The notes under the pieces are model-generated. The model made no database searches. It was not told where the DNA came from and saw only the letters and a list, made by a program, of their open reading frames with translations. Positions 38,795-47,738 of a stretch of DNA of 64,000 nucleotides are shown here, one piece after another; position 1 is the stretch's first letter; the number at the start of each line of letters is the position of its first letter. Source of the stretch: an uncultured Actinomycetes bacterium (GTDB lineage: Bacteria; Actinomycetota; Coriobacteriia; Anaerosomatales; CAMTYE01); the NCBI GenBank assembly GCA_947085935.1, contig CAMTYE010000009.1, forward strand, positions 72,021-136,020, in the 5' to 3' direction. A program made the translations under genes and the position numbers.

Positions 38795-39871
38795 GTGGAC
38801 AGAAGGCTTCGCAAGTTCCTGGCAGTGCTCTTGGCGTTCGCAATGGTCGCGGCATTGGTCGCCGGCTGTGGCGGCGACGCCAAAGACGACACGAGCGGCA
38901 CAGGGGACGAGCCCAAGAGTGAGATCAAGGCAGGGATGGTGACCGATACCGGAGGCCTTGGCGACAAGTCCTTCAACGACCTCGCGTACGCTGGTCTCGT
39001 ACGGGCCGAAGAGGAGTTCGGCGTCGAGATCAAGGCTATCGAGTCCAATGAGATCGCCGACTATCGCCCCAACATCGACCAGCTTGCGCAGGCCGGTTAT
39101 CAGGCGATCTTCACGGTCGGTTTTCTGATGACCGATACGACCACGGAAACGGCCGGTGACTACCCAGAGGTCACCTTCGGGGGCATCGACCAGTTCTATC
39201 CGTCGCCGACCGACAACCTGGCCGGGCTTCTGTTCAAGGAGCACGAGGCCGCGTATCTTGCCGGCGTCGTGGCCGGATTGGCCACCAAGGACACGTTCGA
39301 CGACCGCCTGAACGACCAGAACGTCATCGGCTTCGTCGGCGGTATGGATATCCCGCCGGTCGAGAAGTTCGAAGTCGGCTTCATCGCGGGTGCCAGGTCC
39401 GTCAACCCTGACGTCAAGGTGATTTCGCTGTATGCGGGTACCTTCGATGACCAGGCGAAGGGCAAGGAACTCGCGCTGTCCTGCATCGATCAGGGCGCTG
39501 ACGTGGTCTTCGCCGCTGCCGGTCTGACCGGTGTCGGTTCGATCACGGCGTGCCAGGAGAAGGGCGCACTGTTCATCGGCGTGGATGCGGACCAGTATGA
39601 GACCGTCCCCGGTTCCGGTGACGTCATGCTGACCTCTGCTATCAAGCGCGTGGACAACGCGGTCTATGAGACGATCAAGCAGGTCGTCGAGGGCACGTTC
39701 AAGGGTGCCCAGAACATGGAGTTCGGCCTTGCCGAAGACGGTGTCGGCCTTGCGCCGTATCACGACTTCGACAGCACGGTGCCGCAGGCCATCAAGGACG
39801 CGGTGGACGCAGCACGCAGTGCCGTCCTTGACGGCAGCGTGACGGTTCCTGCGAGCCGGAGCGCGCTGTAG
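38795..39871 (+). CDS. BMP-family ABC substrate-binding lipoprotein (nucleoside/purine-type)
   Basis: Lipobox LVAGCGG, GMVTDTGGLGDKSFND and GVDADQ motifs. SD AGGAGGAGGA lies 6 nt before the GTG at 38795. ATG 38777/38789 are alternative starts. Confidence 0.85.
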   Translation: MDRRLRKFLAVLLAFAMVAALVAGCGGDAKDDTSGTGDEPKSEIKAGMVTDTGGLGDKSFNDLAYAGLVRAEEEFGVEIKAIESNEIADYRPNIDQLAQAGYQAIFTVGFLMTDTTTETAGDYPEVTFGGIDQFYPSPTDNLAGLLFKEHEAAYLAGVVAGLATKDTFDDRLNDQNVIGFVGGMDIPPVEKFEVGFIAGARSVNPDVKVISLYAGTFDDQAKGKELALSCIDQGADVVFAAAGLTGVGSITACQEKGALFIGVDADQYETVPGSGDVMLTSAIKRVDNAVYETIKQVVEGTFKGAQNMEFGLAEDGVGLAPYHDFDSTVPQAIKDAVDAARSAVLDGSVTVPASRSAL

Positions 39872-39920
39872 GTGGTCGCGTGCTGACTCGCGTGAGCGAG
39901 AAGGTCTGACAGACTCACAA

Positions 39921-39960
39921 GGGCGGCCGGTATGTGCAAGCGCACCGGCCGCCCCTCTTG
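39921..39960 (+). terminator. Intra-operon hairpin/attenuator after the binding-protein gene
   Basis: Perfect 11-bp stem GGGCGGCCGGT / ACCGGCCGCCC with a 12-nt loop, followed by CTCTTGTGG. Confidence 0.45.
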
Positions 39961-39997
39961 TGGCACCATGGTCTCGGTAGGTGTGAAGGAGCGATTC

Positions 39998-41554
39998 ATG
40001 GGCGGTTCCGTTCTCGAAGTCAGAGAGATTACCAAACGCTTCCCCGGTGTCCTCGCTAACGACAGGGTCTCTCTCTCGCTCGAGAGGGGAGAGATCCTTG
40101 CTCTGCTCGGGGAGAACGGTGCGGGCAAGTCCACCTTGATGAACGTGGTGTACGGGCTGCTCAGCCCTGATGGCGGTTCGGTTCACATCGACGGCAAGCC
40201 GGTGAGCATCAAGTCCCCCCGACAGGCGATCGACATGGGTGTGGGTATGGTGCACCAGCACTTCATGCTGGTCGAACCCCTGACCGTCACCGAGAACATC
40301 GTCTTGGGCAATGAGCCCACGCGTGGTATCGCCATCGACTTCAGGCGTGCCAAGGCGGACGTGGCGGAGATATCCAAGCGCTACGGCCTCGCAGTGGATC
40401 CGGATGCCATCGTGCGCGACCTGTCCGTCGGCATGCAGCAGCGCGTGGAGATCCTCAAAGCGCTGTACCGAGGAGCGAAGATCCTCATTCTCGATGAGCC
40501 GACTGCGGTTCTGACACCGCAGGAGGTGCACGAGCTGTTCGGGGTCGTCCGCAGCCTGGTGGCGGAGGGATTGTCGGTCGTCTTCATCACACACAAGCTC
40601 GAGGAAGTCATGGCGGCAGCAGATCGCGTCGTCGTCATGCGCGATGGTCGGGTTGTGGGAGAGACACGGCCCGCAGATACCGACACGGCCGGGCTCGCCA
40701 AGATGATGGTCGGGCGCGACGTGGTCTTCCGGGTTCACAAGGAGCCCCGGACCTGCGAGGGCACGGTATTGTCGGTCAAGGACCTCAGGGTGCTCGACGA
40801 GCGGCACCTGGAGGCCGTGAAAGGTGTGTCTTTCGACGTCTGTGCGGGAGAGATCGTGGCAATCGCCGGTGTGTCGGGAAACGGCCAGTCTCAACTCATC
40901 GAGGCGCTGACGGGACTGCGGAAGGTGCTCGCCGGCACGGTCACGCTCGCAGGCATGGACATCACGCACGCGTCGGCACGGCGTACGATCAAGGCGGGCG
41001 TGTCCCATGTTCCCGAAGACCGGCATCGCCGTGGCCTGGTTCTCGAGTTCGACCTGGCGGAGAATCTCATTCTCGGCGATCATCGGGAGCCCCCGCTTGC
41101 GCGAGCCGGCATCATGGACACGGGTGCCATAACGCGGCTCGCGCTCGAGCGTGTGGCCGATTACGACGTGCGCACGCCGTCGATCAAGGTCACAGCAGGT
41201 ACGCTGTCCGGTGGCAATCAGCAGAAGCTCGTCCTGGCGCGTGAGATGGGACGAAACCCCGAGCTGCTCGTCGCAGCGCAGCCGACACGCGGTCTTGACG
41301 TCGGGGCCATCGAGTTCGTGCACTCGAGGATCATCGCGGAACGCGACGCCGGTAAGGCGGTTCTGTTGGTGAGCCTGGAACTCGAGGAGGTCCAGTCACT
41401 CGCGGATCGGATACTCGTGCTGTTCGAGGGGCGGATCGTCAGAGAAGTGCGCGCCGGTGAGGCCACCGATGAGGAGCTCGGCTACTACATGACCGGTGGC
41501 GGCGGGAGCAAGTTGACAGAGGAATCCGTGACGGTAGGGGTGGAGGTCGAATGA
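39998..41554 (+). CDS. ABC transporter ATP-binding protein with duplicated ATPase domains
   Basis: Walker A GENGAGKST and GVSGNGQS, signature LSVGMQQR/LSGGNQQK. SD GAAGGA lies before the ATG at 39998. Confidence 0.9.
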   Translation: MGGSVLEVREITKRFPGVLANDRVSLSLERGEILALLGENGAGKSTLMNVVYGLLSPDGGSVHIDGKPVSIKSPRQAIDMGVGMVHQHFMLVEPLTVTENIVLGNEPTRGIAIDFRRAKADVAEISKRYGLAVDPDAIVRDLSVGMQQRVEILKALYRGAKILILDEPTAVLTPQEVHELFGVVRSLVAEGLSVVFITHKLEEVMAAADRVVVMRDGRVVGETRPADTDTAGLAKMMVGRDVVFRVHKEPRTCEGTVLSVKDLRVLDERHLEAVKGVSFDVCAGEIVAIAGVSGNGQSQLIEALTGLRKVLAGTVTLAGMDITHASARRTIKAGVSHVPEDRHRRGLVLEFDLAENLILGDHREPPLARAGIMDTGAITRLALERVADYDVRTPSIKVTAGTLSGGNQQKLVLAREMGRNPELLVAAQPTRGLDVGAIEFVHSRIIAERDAGKAVLLVSLELEEVQSLADRILVLFEGRIVREVRAGEATDEELGYYMTGGGGSKLTEESVTVGVEVE

Positions 41555-42657
41555 GCGAGAAGCCCACCGGAACGGGCGGGTTCGCGCGGGTGGCCCGAGC
41601 CGCCATCGAGCAGATCGCGACTCCCGTGGTATCTGTCGTCCTCGCGATGCTGATAGGGTCGGCCATCATCGCTGCTGTCGGCTACAACCCCATCGAGGCC
41701 TTCTCGGCGCTGTTCGCGGGTGCGTTCGGCACTCCGCGTCAGATAGGGGAGACGCTGATGCGGGCCACGCCTCTCATCTTCACCGGGCTGGCGGTCGCCT
41801 ACGGCTTCAGGGCCGGCCTCTTCAACATCGGAGCCGAGGGCCAGCTCTTCATGGGCGGGCTTTCGGCAGCATGGCTCGGCGTGGTTCTGGCCGGGCTGCC
41901 TCAGCCCTTGAACATCGTGATCATGATTGTCGTGGGAGCGTTGGCCGGGGCCGCCTGGGCGTTCGTGCCGGCGATTCTCAAGGCCCGCGTCGGCGCTCAT
42001 GAGGTCATCACGACGATGATGTTCGGCTACATCGCGCGCTACCTCGTCTCGTGGTTGGTCACCGGTCCGCTCAAGGCGCCAGGTCAGATTCCCCAGTCGG
42101 TTCAGATAGCCAAAGAGGCGAGCCTTCCGCGACTCACCGATCTGCTGCCTATGCTGGGCACGGGCAGGGCGCATCTGGGCATCGTCATAGGCGTCGGCAT
42201 TGCCGTGTTCCTGTGGTGGGTGCTCAAGTACACGACGCTCGGATTCGAGGCCAGAGCGGTGGGGTTCAATCCCTTTGCGTCCGAGACCGGCGGCGTTTCG
42301 GTCGCGGCCACCACGGTCAAGTCGCTCTGTATCTCGGGTTCACTCGCCGGCCTCGCCGGCGTCGTCGAGGTGATGGGTGTTCACTACCGCCTGTTCGACC
42401 AGTTCTCGTCCGGGTTCGGGTTCACGGGCATCGCGGTGGCGCTTCTGGCCAAGAACAACCCCATCGGTGTTGTGGCCGCGGCGATCCTGTTCGGAGCGAT
42501 GTCTGCCGGCGCCGGCTCGATGCAGCTCAACGCCGATGTGCCCCAGAAGGTCATCTTCATCATCCAGGCCCTGATCATCTTCTTCGTGGCCGCAGAGCAG
42601 ATCGCCAAGTTCATCCTGCGTCCCTTCGAGGGCAAGAAGGGGGCCGAGAATGCTTAG
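41551..42657 (+). CDS. ABC transporter permease (BMP/sugar-type)
   Basis: Polytopic, 368 aa. ATGA overlap with the ATPase gene. Confidence 0.85.
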   Translation: MSEKPTGTGGFARVARAAIEQIATPVVSVVLAMLIGSAIIAAVGYNPIEAFSALFAGAFGTPRQIGETLMRATPLIFTGLAVAYGFRAGLFNIGAEGQLFMGGLSAAWLGVVLAGLPQPLNIVIMIVVGALAGAAWAFVPAILKARVGAHEVITTMMFGYIARYLVSWLVTGPLKAPGQIPQSVQIAKEASLPRLTDLLPMLGTGRAHLGIVIGVGIAVFLWWVLKYTTLGFEARAVGFNPFASETGGVSVAATTVKSLCISGSLAGLAGVVEVMGVHYRLFDQFSSGFGFTGIAVALLAKNNPIGVVAAAILFGAMSAGAGSMQLNADVPQKVIFIIQALIIFFVAAEQIAKFILRPFEGKKGAENA

Positions 42658-43603
42658 CGATGTCATCACTCCCGACCTCTTCGCCTCCGCGATCCGAATC
42701 GCCACGCCGCTGGCGCTGGCCGCGATCGGCGGCACGATCTGTGAGCGCTCCGGGGTCGTCAACATCGCGCTGGAGGGCATGATGCTGTTCGGCGCGTTCA
42801 TGGGAGTCGTTGGTGCGACGTTCACCGGAAGCCCCTGGATCGGGCTGCTCGTAGCGGTGATCTCAGGGGGTCTTCTCGCGCTGATTCACGCGTTCGCGTC
42901 CATCACCCTGCGCACCGATCAGGTCGTCTCGGGTACGGCGATCAACATCCTGGCCGCCGGGCTGACGGGGTTCTTCATGGAGGTCATCTTCCATCGCCCG
43001 GGAACCACGGATCCGGTGGCACGGCTCAGGCCCTTCTTCTCCGTCGATGGCCCGTCCTCCGGACCACTCGTTGAGGTATGGCGCTGGATCGACACCGTGT
43101 TCCTGAGCTACACGCCGATCGTGTACTTCGCGATCATCATCGCCGTCGCAGGCCAGTGGGCCTTGTTCAACACCCGGTGGGGACTGCGGTTGCGCGCGCT
43201 GGGCGAGCATCCGCGCGCGGCTGACACCGTCGGCATCAGCGTCATTCGTGGCCGATACGCGGCTGTGGTTGCGAGCGGCATGCTGGGCGGACTCGCCGGA
43301 GCGAACCTCTCCCTGGAGCAGGTCGGCTCGTTCACCGAAGGCATGACAAACGGTCGCGGCTTCATCGCGCTCGCAGCGAATATCTTCGGTCGGTGGACGC
43401 CCGCCGGTTCGTATCTGGCGTCGCTCCTCTTCGGTTTCGCCGACGCACTGCAGATCAAGATGCAGGTCTTCCGCGACGTGATCACCATTCCGTCGCAGTT
43501 CTTCCTGATGCTCCCGTACGTTCTCACCGTCATCGTCCTTGCCGGCGTCGTCGGGCGAGCCGTCGCTCCCGCTGCCATAGGCAAGCCGTACGAGAAAGGG
43601 TAA
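42650..43603 (+). CDS. ABC transporter permease (second subunit)
   Basis: Polytopic, 317 aa. 8-nt overlap with the preceding permease gene. Confidence 0.85.
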   Translation: MLSDVITPDLFASAIRIATPLALAAIGGTICERSGVVNIALEGMMLFGAFMGVVGATFTGSPWIGLLVAVISGGLLALIHAFASITLRTDQVVSGTAINILAAGLTGFFMEVIFHRPGTTDPVARLRPFFSVDGPSSGPLVEVWRWIDTVFLSYTPIVYFAIIIAVAGQWALFNTRWGLRLRALGEHPRAADTVGISVIRGRYAAVVASGMLGGLAGANLSLEQVGSFTEGMTNGRGFIALAANIFGRWTPAGSYLASLLFGFADALQIKMQVFRDVITIPSQFFLMLPYVLTVIVLAGVVGRAVAPAAIGKPYEKG

Positions 43604-43606
43604 TCG

Positions 43607-43897
43607 GTGGGACATGCGCCTCGCATGACGATCGGCCGCGCGATGGCCTGGGCGGCGACGTGGGGAATCGGAGTCGCCCTGGGGGTGGCTCTTGGCGGGT
43701 GGCTGACGGTCGTCGGCGGTGCAGGAGCCCCCGGCGTCGCCGAACTCGATCTGATCGAGGACGTGCTCGTCCTACCCGCGACCGCCGGACTCGTCGTGTT
43801 CGCGCTGCATCTGCTCGGGCAGGCTGCCTTCATCGGTTTCGGCGCCTCGCGCTTCGCGTCGAATCATCGCGGTGGCGGCGACCACGAAGGCCAGTAG
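43607..43897 (+). CDS. Possible small membrane protein (96 aa)
   Basis: Starts 4 nt after the permease stop. Two hydrophobic segments and high third-position G+C. Its 3' end overlaps a convergent ORF of equal plausibility. Confidence 0.3.
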   Translation: MGHAPRMTIGRAMAWAATWGIGVALGVALGGWLTVVGGAGAPGVAELDLIEDVLVLPATAGLVVFALHLLGQAAFIGFGASRFASNHRGGGDHEGQ

Positions 43898-44026
43898 GCC
43901 GAAGACGATGGCATCGTCCGGCATGTCGGGCTCAAGACTTCCCCGCATGATCGAGCGCACGACGTAGGCGGCGGTCGGGAGGGCCGCCGCCGCCCACATC
44001 GGCAGTCTGATCCGGTGTCTCAGCAA
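43772..44026 (-). CDS. Possible small membrane protein (84 aa)
   Basis: TTG start 2 nt after the stop of the upstream DUF4349-like gene. Two hydrophobic segments and high third-position G+C. Overlaps the + strand ORF by 126 nt. Confidence 0.3.
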   Translation of the reverse strand: MLRHRIRLPMWAAAALPTAAYVVRSIMRGSLEPDMPDDAIVFGLLAFVVAATAMIRREARGAETDEGSLPEQMQREHDESGGRG

Positions 44027-44028
44027 TC

Positions 44029-45081
44029 CTACGCTCCGGGCGCCGGGGGTGGCGTGTCGTCAGCCTGCTCAGCGCCGGCGTCACTCGTGCTGCCGCGCCG
44101 CCTGAACACTGCACGAACGACCAGAACCACGAGAGCCAGCACCAGGAGCACCGGCAGGATTCCGCCGAAGACCACGATCATCCCGTTGATCGTGCCGACG
44201 AACGCCCTGACCGAGCTGGTGAGTGCCCGATTGAATCCCCAGTCCTCGCCCGCGGGCCGGACGACCTGCGCCGGCTCTTGAAGTTCGATCGTGACCGTGG
44301 ACATCGCGGCCTGCCGCTCCAGATACGAGATCTGCGCCTGCATCGACTCGATCTCTCCACGGGTGCTTGAAAGCTGCGCTTCGACGGCGAGCATCTCGGT
44401 CACGTTCTTGGCATCGTCGAGGAACTCCCGCAGCCGCTTCTCGGTCGCCTGGAGGTTCGCCAGCCGCGCGCTCAGGTCGACGTGCTCCTGCGTGACGTCA
44501 TCCTCGTTCTCTGCCTGGCGCAGGATCTTGCCCAGCTTTCCGACGCGGGTGAGGAACGTCTCGAGCTGAGCTGCCGGCACCCGAACGGTCACATAGCCGG
44601 AGAGCTGTGCGCCGTCGGAGAAGCTCTCGGCCTCAGCCCCGTAGCGGTAGACCGGGTCACCGTCGTCGGTGCTGACTTGAAGATCGGTGACGATGCCCTT
44701 GAGTTCGTCGGAGACATCGCGTATCGCCGCGATGCTCTTGGCGACGTCGTCCACCCGCACTCGCATGTTCACGGTCCTGACGACCAGACGGTCGGCCGAC
44801 GGGATCGCGGAGGCGTCTTCCCCGGCACCTGCATATGAGTAGCTCGAGACCGCCTTGCTGGTGTCGGCATCCGGACTCGCGGGCCGCAGAGCGTCGTAGC
44901 CTGATGCGCCCTCGTCATACGGCTCTAGGGCGGCCCTCTGCGGTTCGGGCGGTCCGGATGTCGTCGAATACTCGCTGGCGACAAGACCACAGCCGGTCAG
45001 TGCCACCGTGAGTGCGACCGTGAGTGCCAGCGAGAGAGCCACTGCTGCGAATCTGCGCCAGCTATGCGTGCGATCGGCCAT
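44029..45081 (-). CDS. DUF4349-like lipoprotein with coiled-coil region and C-terminal TM helix
   Basis: Lipobox LTGCG. Coiled-coil stretch (LANLQATEKRLREFLDDAKNVTEMLAVEAQLSSTRGEIESMQAQISYLERQ). C-terminal TM INGMIVVFGGILPVLLVLALVVLVV. SD AAGGAGG upstream. Confidence 0.7.
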   Translation of the reverse strand: MADRTHSWRRFAAVALSLALTVALTVALTGCGLVASEYSTTSGPPEPQRAALEPYDEGASGYDALRPASPDADTSKAVSSYSYAGAGEDASAIPSADRLVVRTVNMRVRVDDVAKSIAAIRDVSDELKGIVTDLQVSTDDGDPVYRYGAEAESFSDGAQLSGYVTVRVPAAQLETFLTRVGKLGKILRQAENEDDVTQEHVDLSARLANLQATEKRLREFLDDAKNVTEMLAVEAQLSSTRGEIESMQAQISYLERQAAMSTVTIELQEPAQVVRPAGEDWGFNRALTSSVRAFVGTINGMIVVFGGILPVLLVLALVVLVVRAVFRRRGSTSDAGAEQADDTPPPAPGA

Positions 45082-45114
45082 CGGTACCGCCTCCTTGTTC
45101 AGTCAACGCGTCAG

Positions 45115-45158
45115 TATAGAAACACAAGACGCCCACCACCGTCGCAGGTGGGGGCGCC
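45115..45158 (-). terminator. Candidate intrinsic terminator of the small membrane-protein gene
   Basis: On the - strand: GCCCCCACC...GGUGGGCG hairpin (with a 2-nt bulge) followed by UCUUGUGUUUCUAU. Confidence 0.4.
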
Positions 45159-45184
45159 CTAAGTCTGACAGCGGTTCGAAGTTC

Positions 45185-45316
45185 TTACTTGCACTTCTCC
45201 TCGAGCTTCTTCATCTGGATCGCAGCGTAAGCGCCGAGAGCAGCGCCGAGTGCCACAACCACGAAGAAGGCGAGGACCAGAACGTTGAAGAGGGGACTCG
45301 CAATGTTCGCAGTCAT
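45185..45316 (-). CDS. Small (43 aa) single-TM membrane protein
   Basis: MTANIASPLFNVLVLAFFVVVALGAALGAYAAIQMKKLEEKCK. SD GGAGGTGA lies 8 nt upstream of the ATG at 45316, with a terminator candidate downstream. The longer ORF-track form (to 45427) lacks an SD. Confidence 0.5.
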   Translation of the reverse strand: MTANIASPLFNVLVLAFFVVVALGAALGAYAAIQMKKLEEKCK

Positions 45317-45508
45317 CGGGTGCGTCACCTCCGTATCGCCCGAATCAGGTCTCGTCGGTGATTCTACCCGCTCGTTCGATATGCGAGCAACAGCTGACCT
45401 CGTACGCTCGTCGTCTTCCGCTGTCAAGGACCCGATTCGCGCTCACCCTGCACACGTATGACGGCCGTGCGCCCGCCCCGGTTCTCGCTGCGGCCCGAGC
45501 TGTCTTCC

Positions 45509-45612
45509 GTGGGAGCGGGTGGGGGTCGGTGGGGTCTGGTGTGCGCCGGTGGTGCGCAGGTGTTATGAATTCCCATATTGGTGTTGCATTGTGGGATGAA
45601 GTGGCATACAGT
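45509..45612 (+). promoter_or_regulatory. Array of 10-bp-phased GTGGG-like direct repeats: putative MraZ operator
   Basis: Repeats begin at 45509 (GTGGGAGCGG), 45519 (GTGGGGGTCG), 45529 (GTGGGGTCTG), 45539 (GTGTGCGCCG) and 45549 (GTGGTGCGCA). A second set begins at 45581 (GTGTTGCATT), 45591 (GTGGGATGAA) and 45601 (GTGGCATACA) and overlaps the candidate promoter. Confidence 0.55.
45584..45612 (+). promoter_or_regulatory. Candidate dcw (mraZ) promoter
   Basis: TTGCAT (45584-45589), 17-nt spacer, TACAGT (45607-45612), in a locally AT-richer patch about 80 nt upstream of the mraZ ATG. Confidence 0.45.
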
Positions 45613-45692
45613 TTGGCCTGTGAGGGACAACCTCACGTACGGGTGTGACTCCGAGGGTGGAGCACGAGAGGGGCGGGGAGGTGAGCGGCACG

Positions 45693-46124
45693 ATGTTTCT
45701 GGGCGACTATCAGCACACGCTGGACGCCAAGGGACGCGTCTCGCTGCCTGCGAAGTTCCGCACCGCGATGCCCGGAGGCCTGGTCGTCGTGAACGGTTTC
45801 GACCACTGCCTGTACGTGTACCCCGCCGAGGAGTACCAGCGGTTCGTTGCCCGCCTGGTCTCCGAGGAGGATTTCGATCCCCGCACGCGCAAGGTCCGCC
45901 GGTTCTTCACCGCGGGAGCCGTGGATGTCGAGCTGGATTCCGCGGGGCGCGTGTCGCTTCCGCCCAAGCTGCGGGAGTACGCGGGGCTCACCAAGGACGT
46001 CGCTATCACCGGCAACGGCAACCGGATCGAGATCTGGGATGCCGCCGCCTGGAACGTCTATAGCGAGGCCGGCGAGAGTATCGAGGATCTCGCGAAGGAG
46101 CTTTCCGACGACGGTCTGCTCTGA
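45693..46124 (+). CDS. mraZ: Transcriptional regulator MraZ
   Basis: MFLGDYQHTLDAKGRVSLPAKFR plus a second SpoVT/AbrB-like repeat (LDSAGRVSLPPKLR). SD GGGGAGGTGA upstream. Confidence 0.93.
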   Translation: MFLGDYQHTLDAKGRVSLPAKFRTAMPGGLVVVNGFDHCLYVYPAEEYQRFVARLVSEEDFDPRTRKVRRFFTAGAVDVELDSAGRVSLPPKLREYAGLTKDVAITGNGNRIEIWDAAAWNVYSEAGESIEDLAKELSDDGLL

Positions 46125-46132
46125 GGTTGACA

Positions 46133-47065
46133 ATGGAATACCGGCACACCCCAGTTTTGCTGGCCGAGGTCACGCAGCAGTTATCGTTGCACCCCGGTTC
46201 GATACTCGTTGATTGCACCTTAGGCGGGGCAGGACACGCGAAGCGGATAGCAGATTCGATAGCACCCACCGGGATTCTGGTGGGCATCGACCAAGACGAC
46301 TCAGCACTTGAAGCAGCAGCAGTCGCACTCCGCCTCGGCCAGCAAGCCATCCTTCTCAAGGGGAACTTCGGCGATCTTGACGACCTGCTCGTGCAGGCCG
46401 GCATACCGTACGCCGATGGATTCCTGTTCGACCTGGGTGTCTCCTCTCCGCAGCTCGATCTCCCCGAGCGGGGGTTCACGTACCAAGAGGATGCGCCACT
46501 CGACATGCGGATGGACGCACGCGGGCCTGTCACAGCAGCCGTCATTCTCAACACATACTCAGAATCGCAGCTGGCCCGCGTCATCCGCGAATACGGGGAG
46601 GAACGGTGGGCCTCGCGCATCGCAGCTTTCATCGTAGCCGCGCGGGGCCGCCGACCCCTCGAGACCACCGGCGAACTCGTTGAGATCATCAAAGCGGCCG
46701 TTCCCGCCGCAGCGCGGCGCGATGGCCCGCATCCCGCTCGTCGCACGTTCCAGGCTCTGCGCATAGAGGTCAACCAGGAGCTTCAGGTCCTGGAGCGCGG
46801 ACTGCGCTCAGCCGCCCGATGGCTACGGCCAGGTGGCAGAGTGGCGGTGATCAGCTACCACTCTCTCGAGGACCGGATAGTCAAGCGCGTCTTCAGCGAG
46901 CTTTCGCAGGGGTGCACGTGTCCTCCGGGCTTTCCGGTGTGCGCGTGTGGTAACGAGCCGGTACTCCGCGTGGTAACCAAACGGCCGGTCACGCCGACCG
47001 CCGAGGAAATCGAAGAGAACCCGCGCGCACGCAGCGCGAAGCTGAGAGTGGCGCAGCGAGTGTAG
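46133..47065 (+). CDS. rsmH: 16S rRNA (cytosine1402-N4)-methyltransferase RsmH
   Basis: HTPVLLAEV, DCTLGGAGHA and FDLGVSSPQLD motifs. Confidence 0.93.
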   Translation: MEYRHTPVLLAEVTQQLSLHPGSILVDCTLGGAGHAKRIADSIAPTGILVGIDQDDSALEAAAVALRLGQQAILLKGNFGDLDDLLVQAGIPYADGFLFDLGVSSPQLDLPERGFTYQEDAPLDMRMDARGPVTAAVILNTYSESQLARVIREYGEERWASRIAAFIVAARGRRPLETTGELVEIIKAAVPAAARRDGPHPARRTFQALRIEVNQELQVLERGLRSAARWLRPGGRVAVISYHSLEDRIVKRVFSELSQGCTCPPGFPVCACGNEPVLRVVTKRPVTPTAEEIEENPRARSAKLRVAQRV

Positions 47066-47071
47066 AAGTGA

Positions 47072-47707
47072 ATGACGATCGCTGATCGCGGTCGCGAGGA
47101 AGAGAGAGGAGTCGAGGTGGGCCTTCCTGCTGTAGGTCATCCGCGTGTGGTGGCGCGCGGTCCACAGCTCAGGCTCGTGCGTCCCGGACGCACGTCTCCC
47201 CGTCCGGGACGCCGCTCCTCCCTCTCGGCCGACGTGGCAGCACGCGAGGGGTTTCGAGCCCTTGCCTTCATCATGATCCTGGTCACGGCGCTTGCGCTCG
47301 GACGTGTGGTGCTGACGGCCCGCGCAACGGAAGCTGCGGTCGAGGCCGGCAGGCTGCGCGATGACATCAAGTCCGAACGGCTGGCCGGTGACCTGCTCGA
47401 GGTAGACAAGAGCGCGCTCGCGACACCTTCGCGCATCGAGTGCATCGCGGGTGAATCGCTCAAGATGGGCGCGGCCCCCGAGGTCAGCTACCTGGCGCTG
47501 CCTGCGGCACCGTCCGTACCCGATGAGGTGCCGCCCGGAGCTGACGTCTCGGCGGCGGAGAGTACATCCCGCGCCGACGTCCCGGCGCGTTCCGATGCTG
47601 CGCGCAATGGTACCCTCGCGAGAGTCATCTCCGACGTGATGGAGATGGCAGCCGGCGAGGCTCAGGTCATGCTTGTCGGCGACGTAAGCCTTAGTTCGGG
47701 CAGATGA
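47072..47707 (+). CDS. ftsL: FtsL-like cell division protein (bitopic, start uncertain)
   Basis: Position between rsmH and ftsI. Arg-rich N-tail, one TM helix (ALAFIMILVTALALGRVVL), then a coiled-coil-like segment. GTG at 47117, preceded by GAGAGGAG, is an alternative start. Confidence 0.6.
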   Translation: MTIADRGREEERGVEVGLPAVGHPRVVARGPQLRLVRPGRTSPRPGRRSSLSADVAAREGFRALAFIMILVTALALGRVVLTARATEAAVEAGRLRDDIKSERLAGDLLEVDKSALATPSRIECIAGESLKMGAAPEVSYLALPAAPSVPDEVPPGADVSAAESTSRADVPARSDAARNGTLARVISDVMEMAAGEAQVMLVGDVSLSSGR

Positions 47708-47738
47708 GCCGCGTGCGCGGCGATGACTCGGAGGCAGC

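Noticed and set aside
45509-45560. Reading the distal G-rich decamer block purely as a G-quadruplex-forming tract.
   Set aside because: Not fully rejected, and kept as an alternative. The strict 10-bp phasing of GTGGG-like units, and their reappearance over the promoter next to mraZ, fit protein-operator repeats better than a simple G4 motif.
45358-46063. + strand ORFs 45358-45648 (96 aa) and 45578-46063 (161 aa) in and around the mraZ upstream region.
   Set aside because: They have no SD and low-complexity Arg/Gly-rich translations. One runs out of frame through mraZ. The region is better explained as promoter plus MraZ-box DNA.
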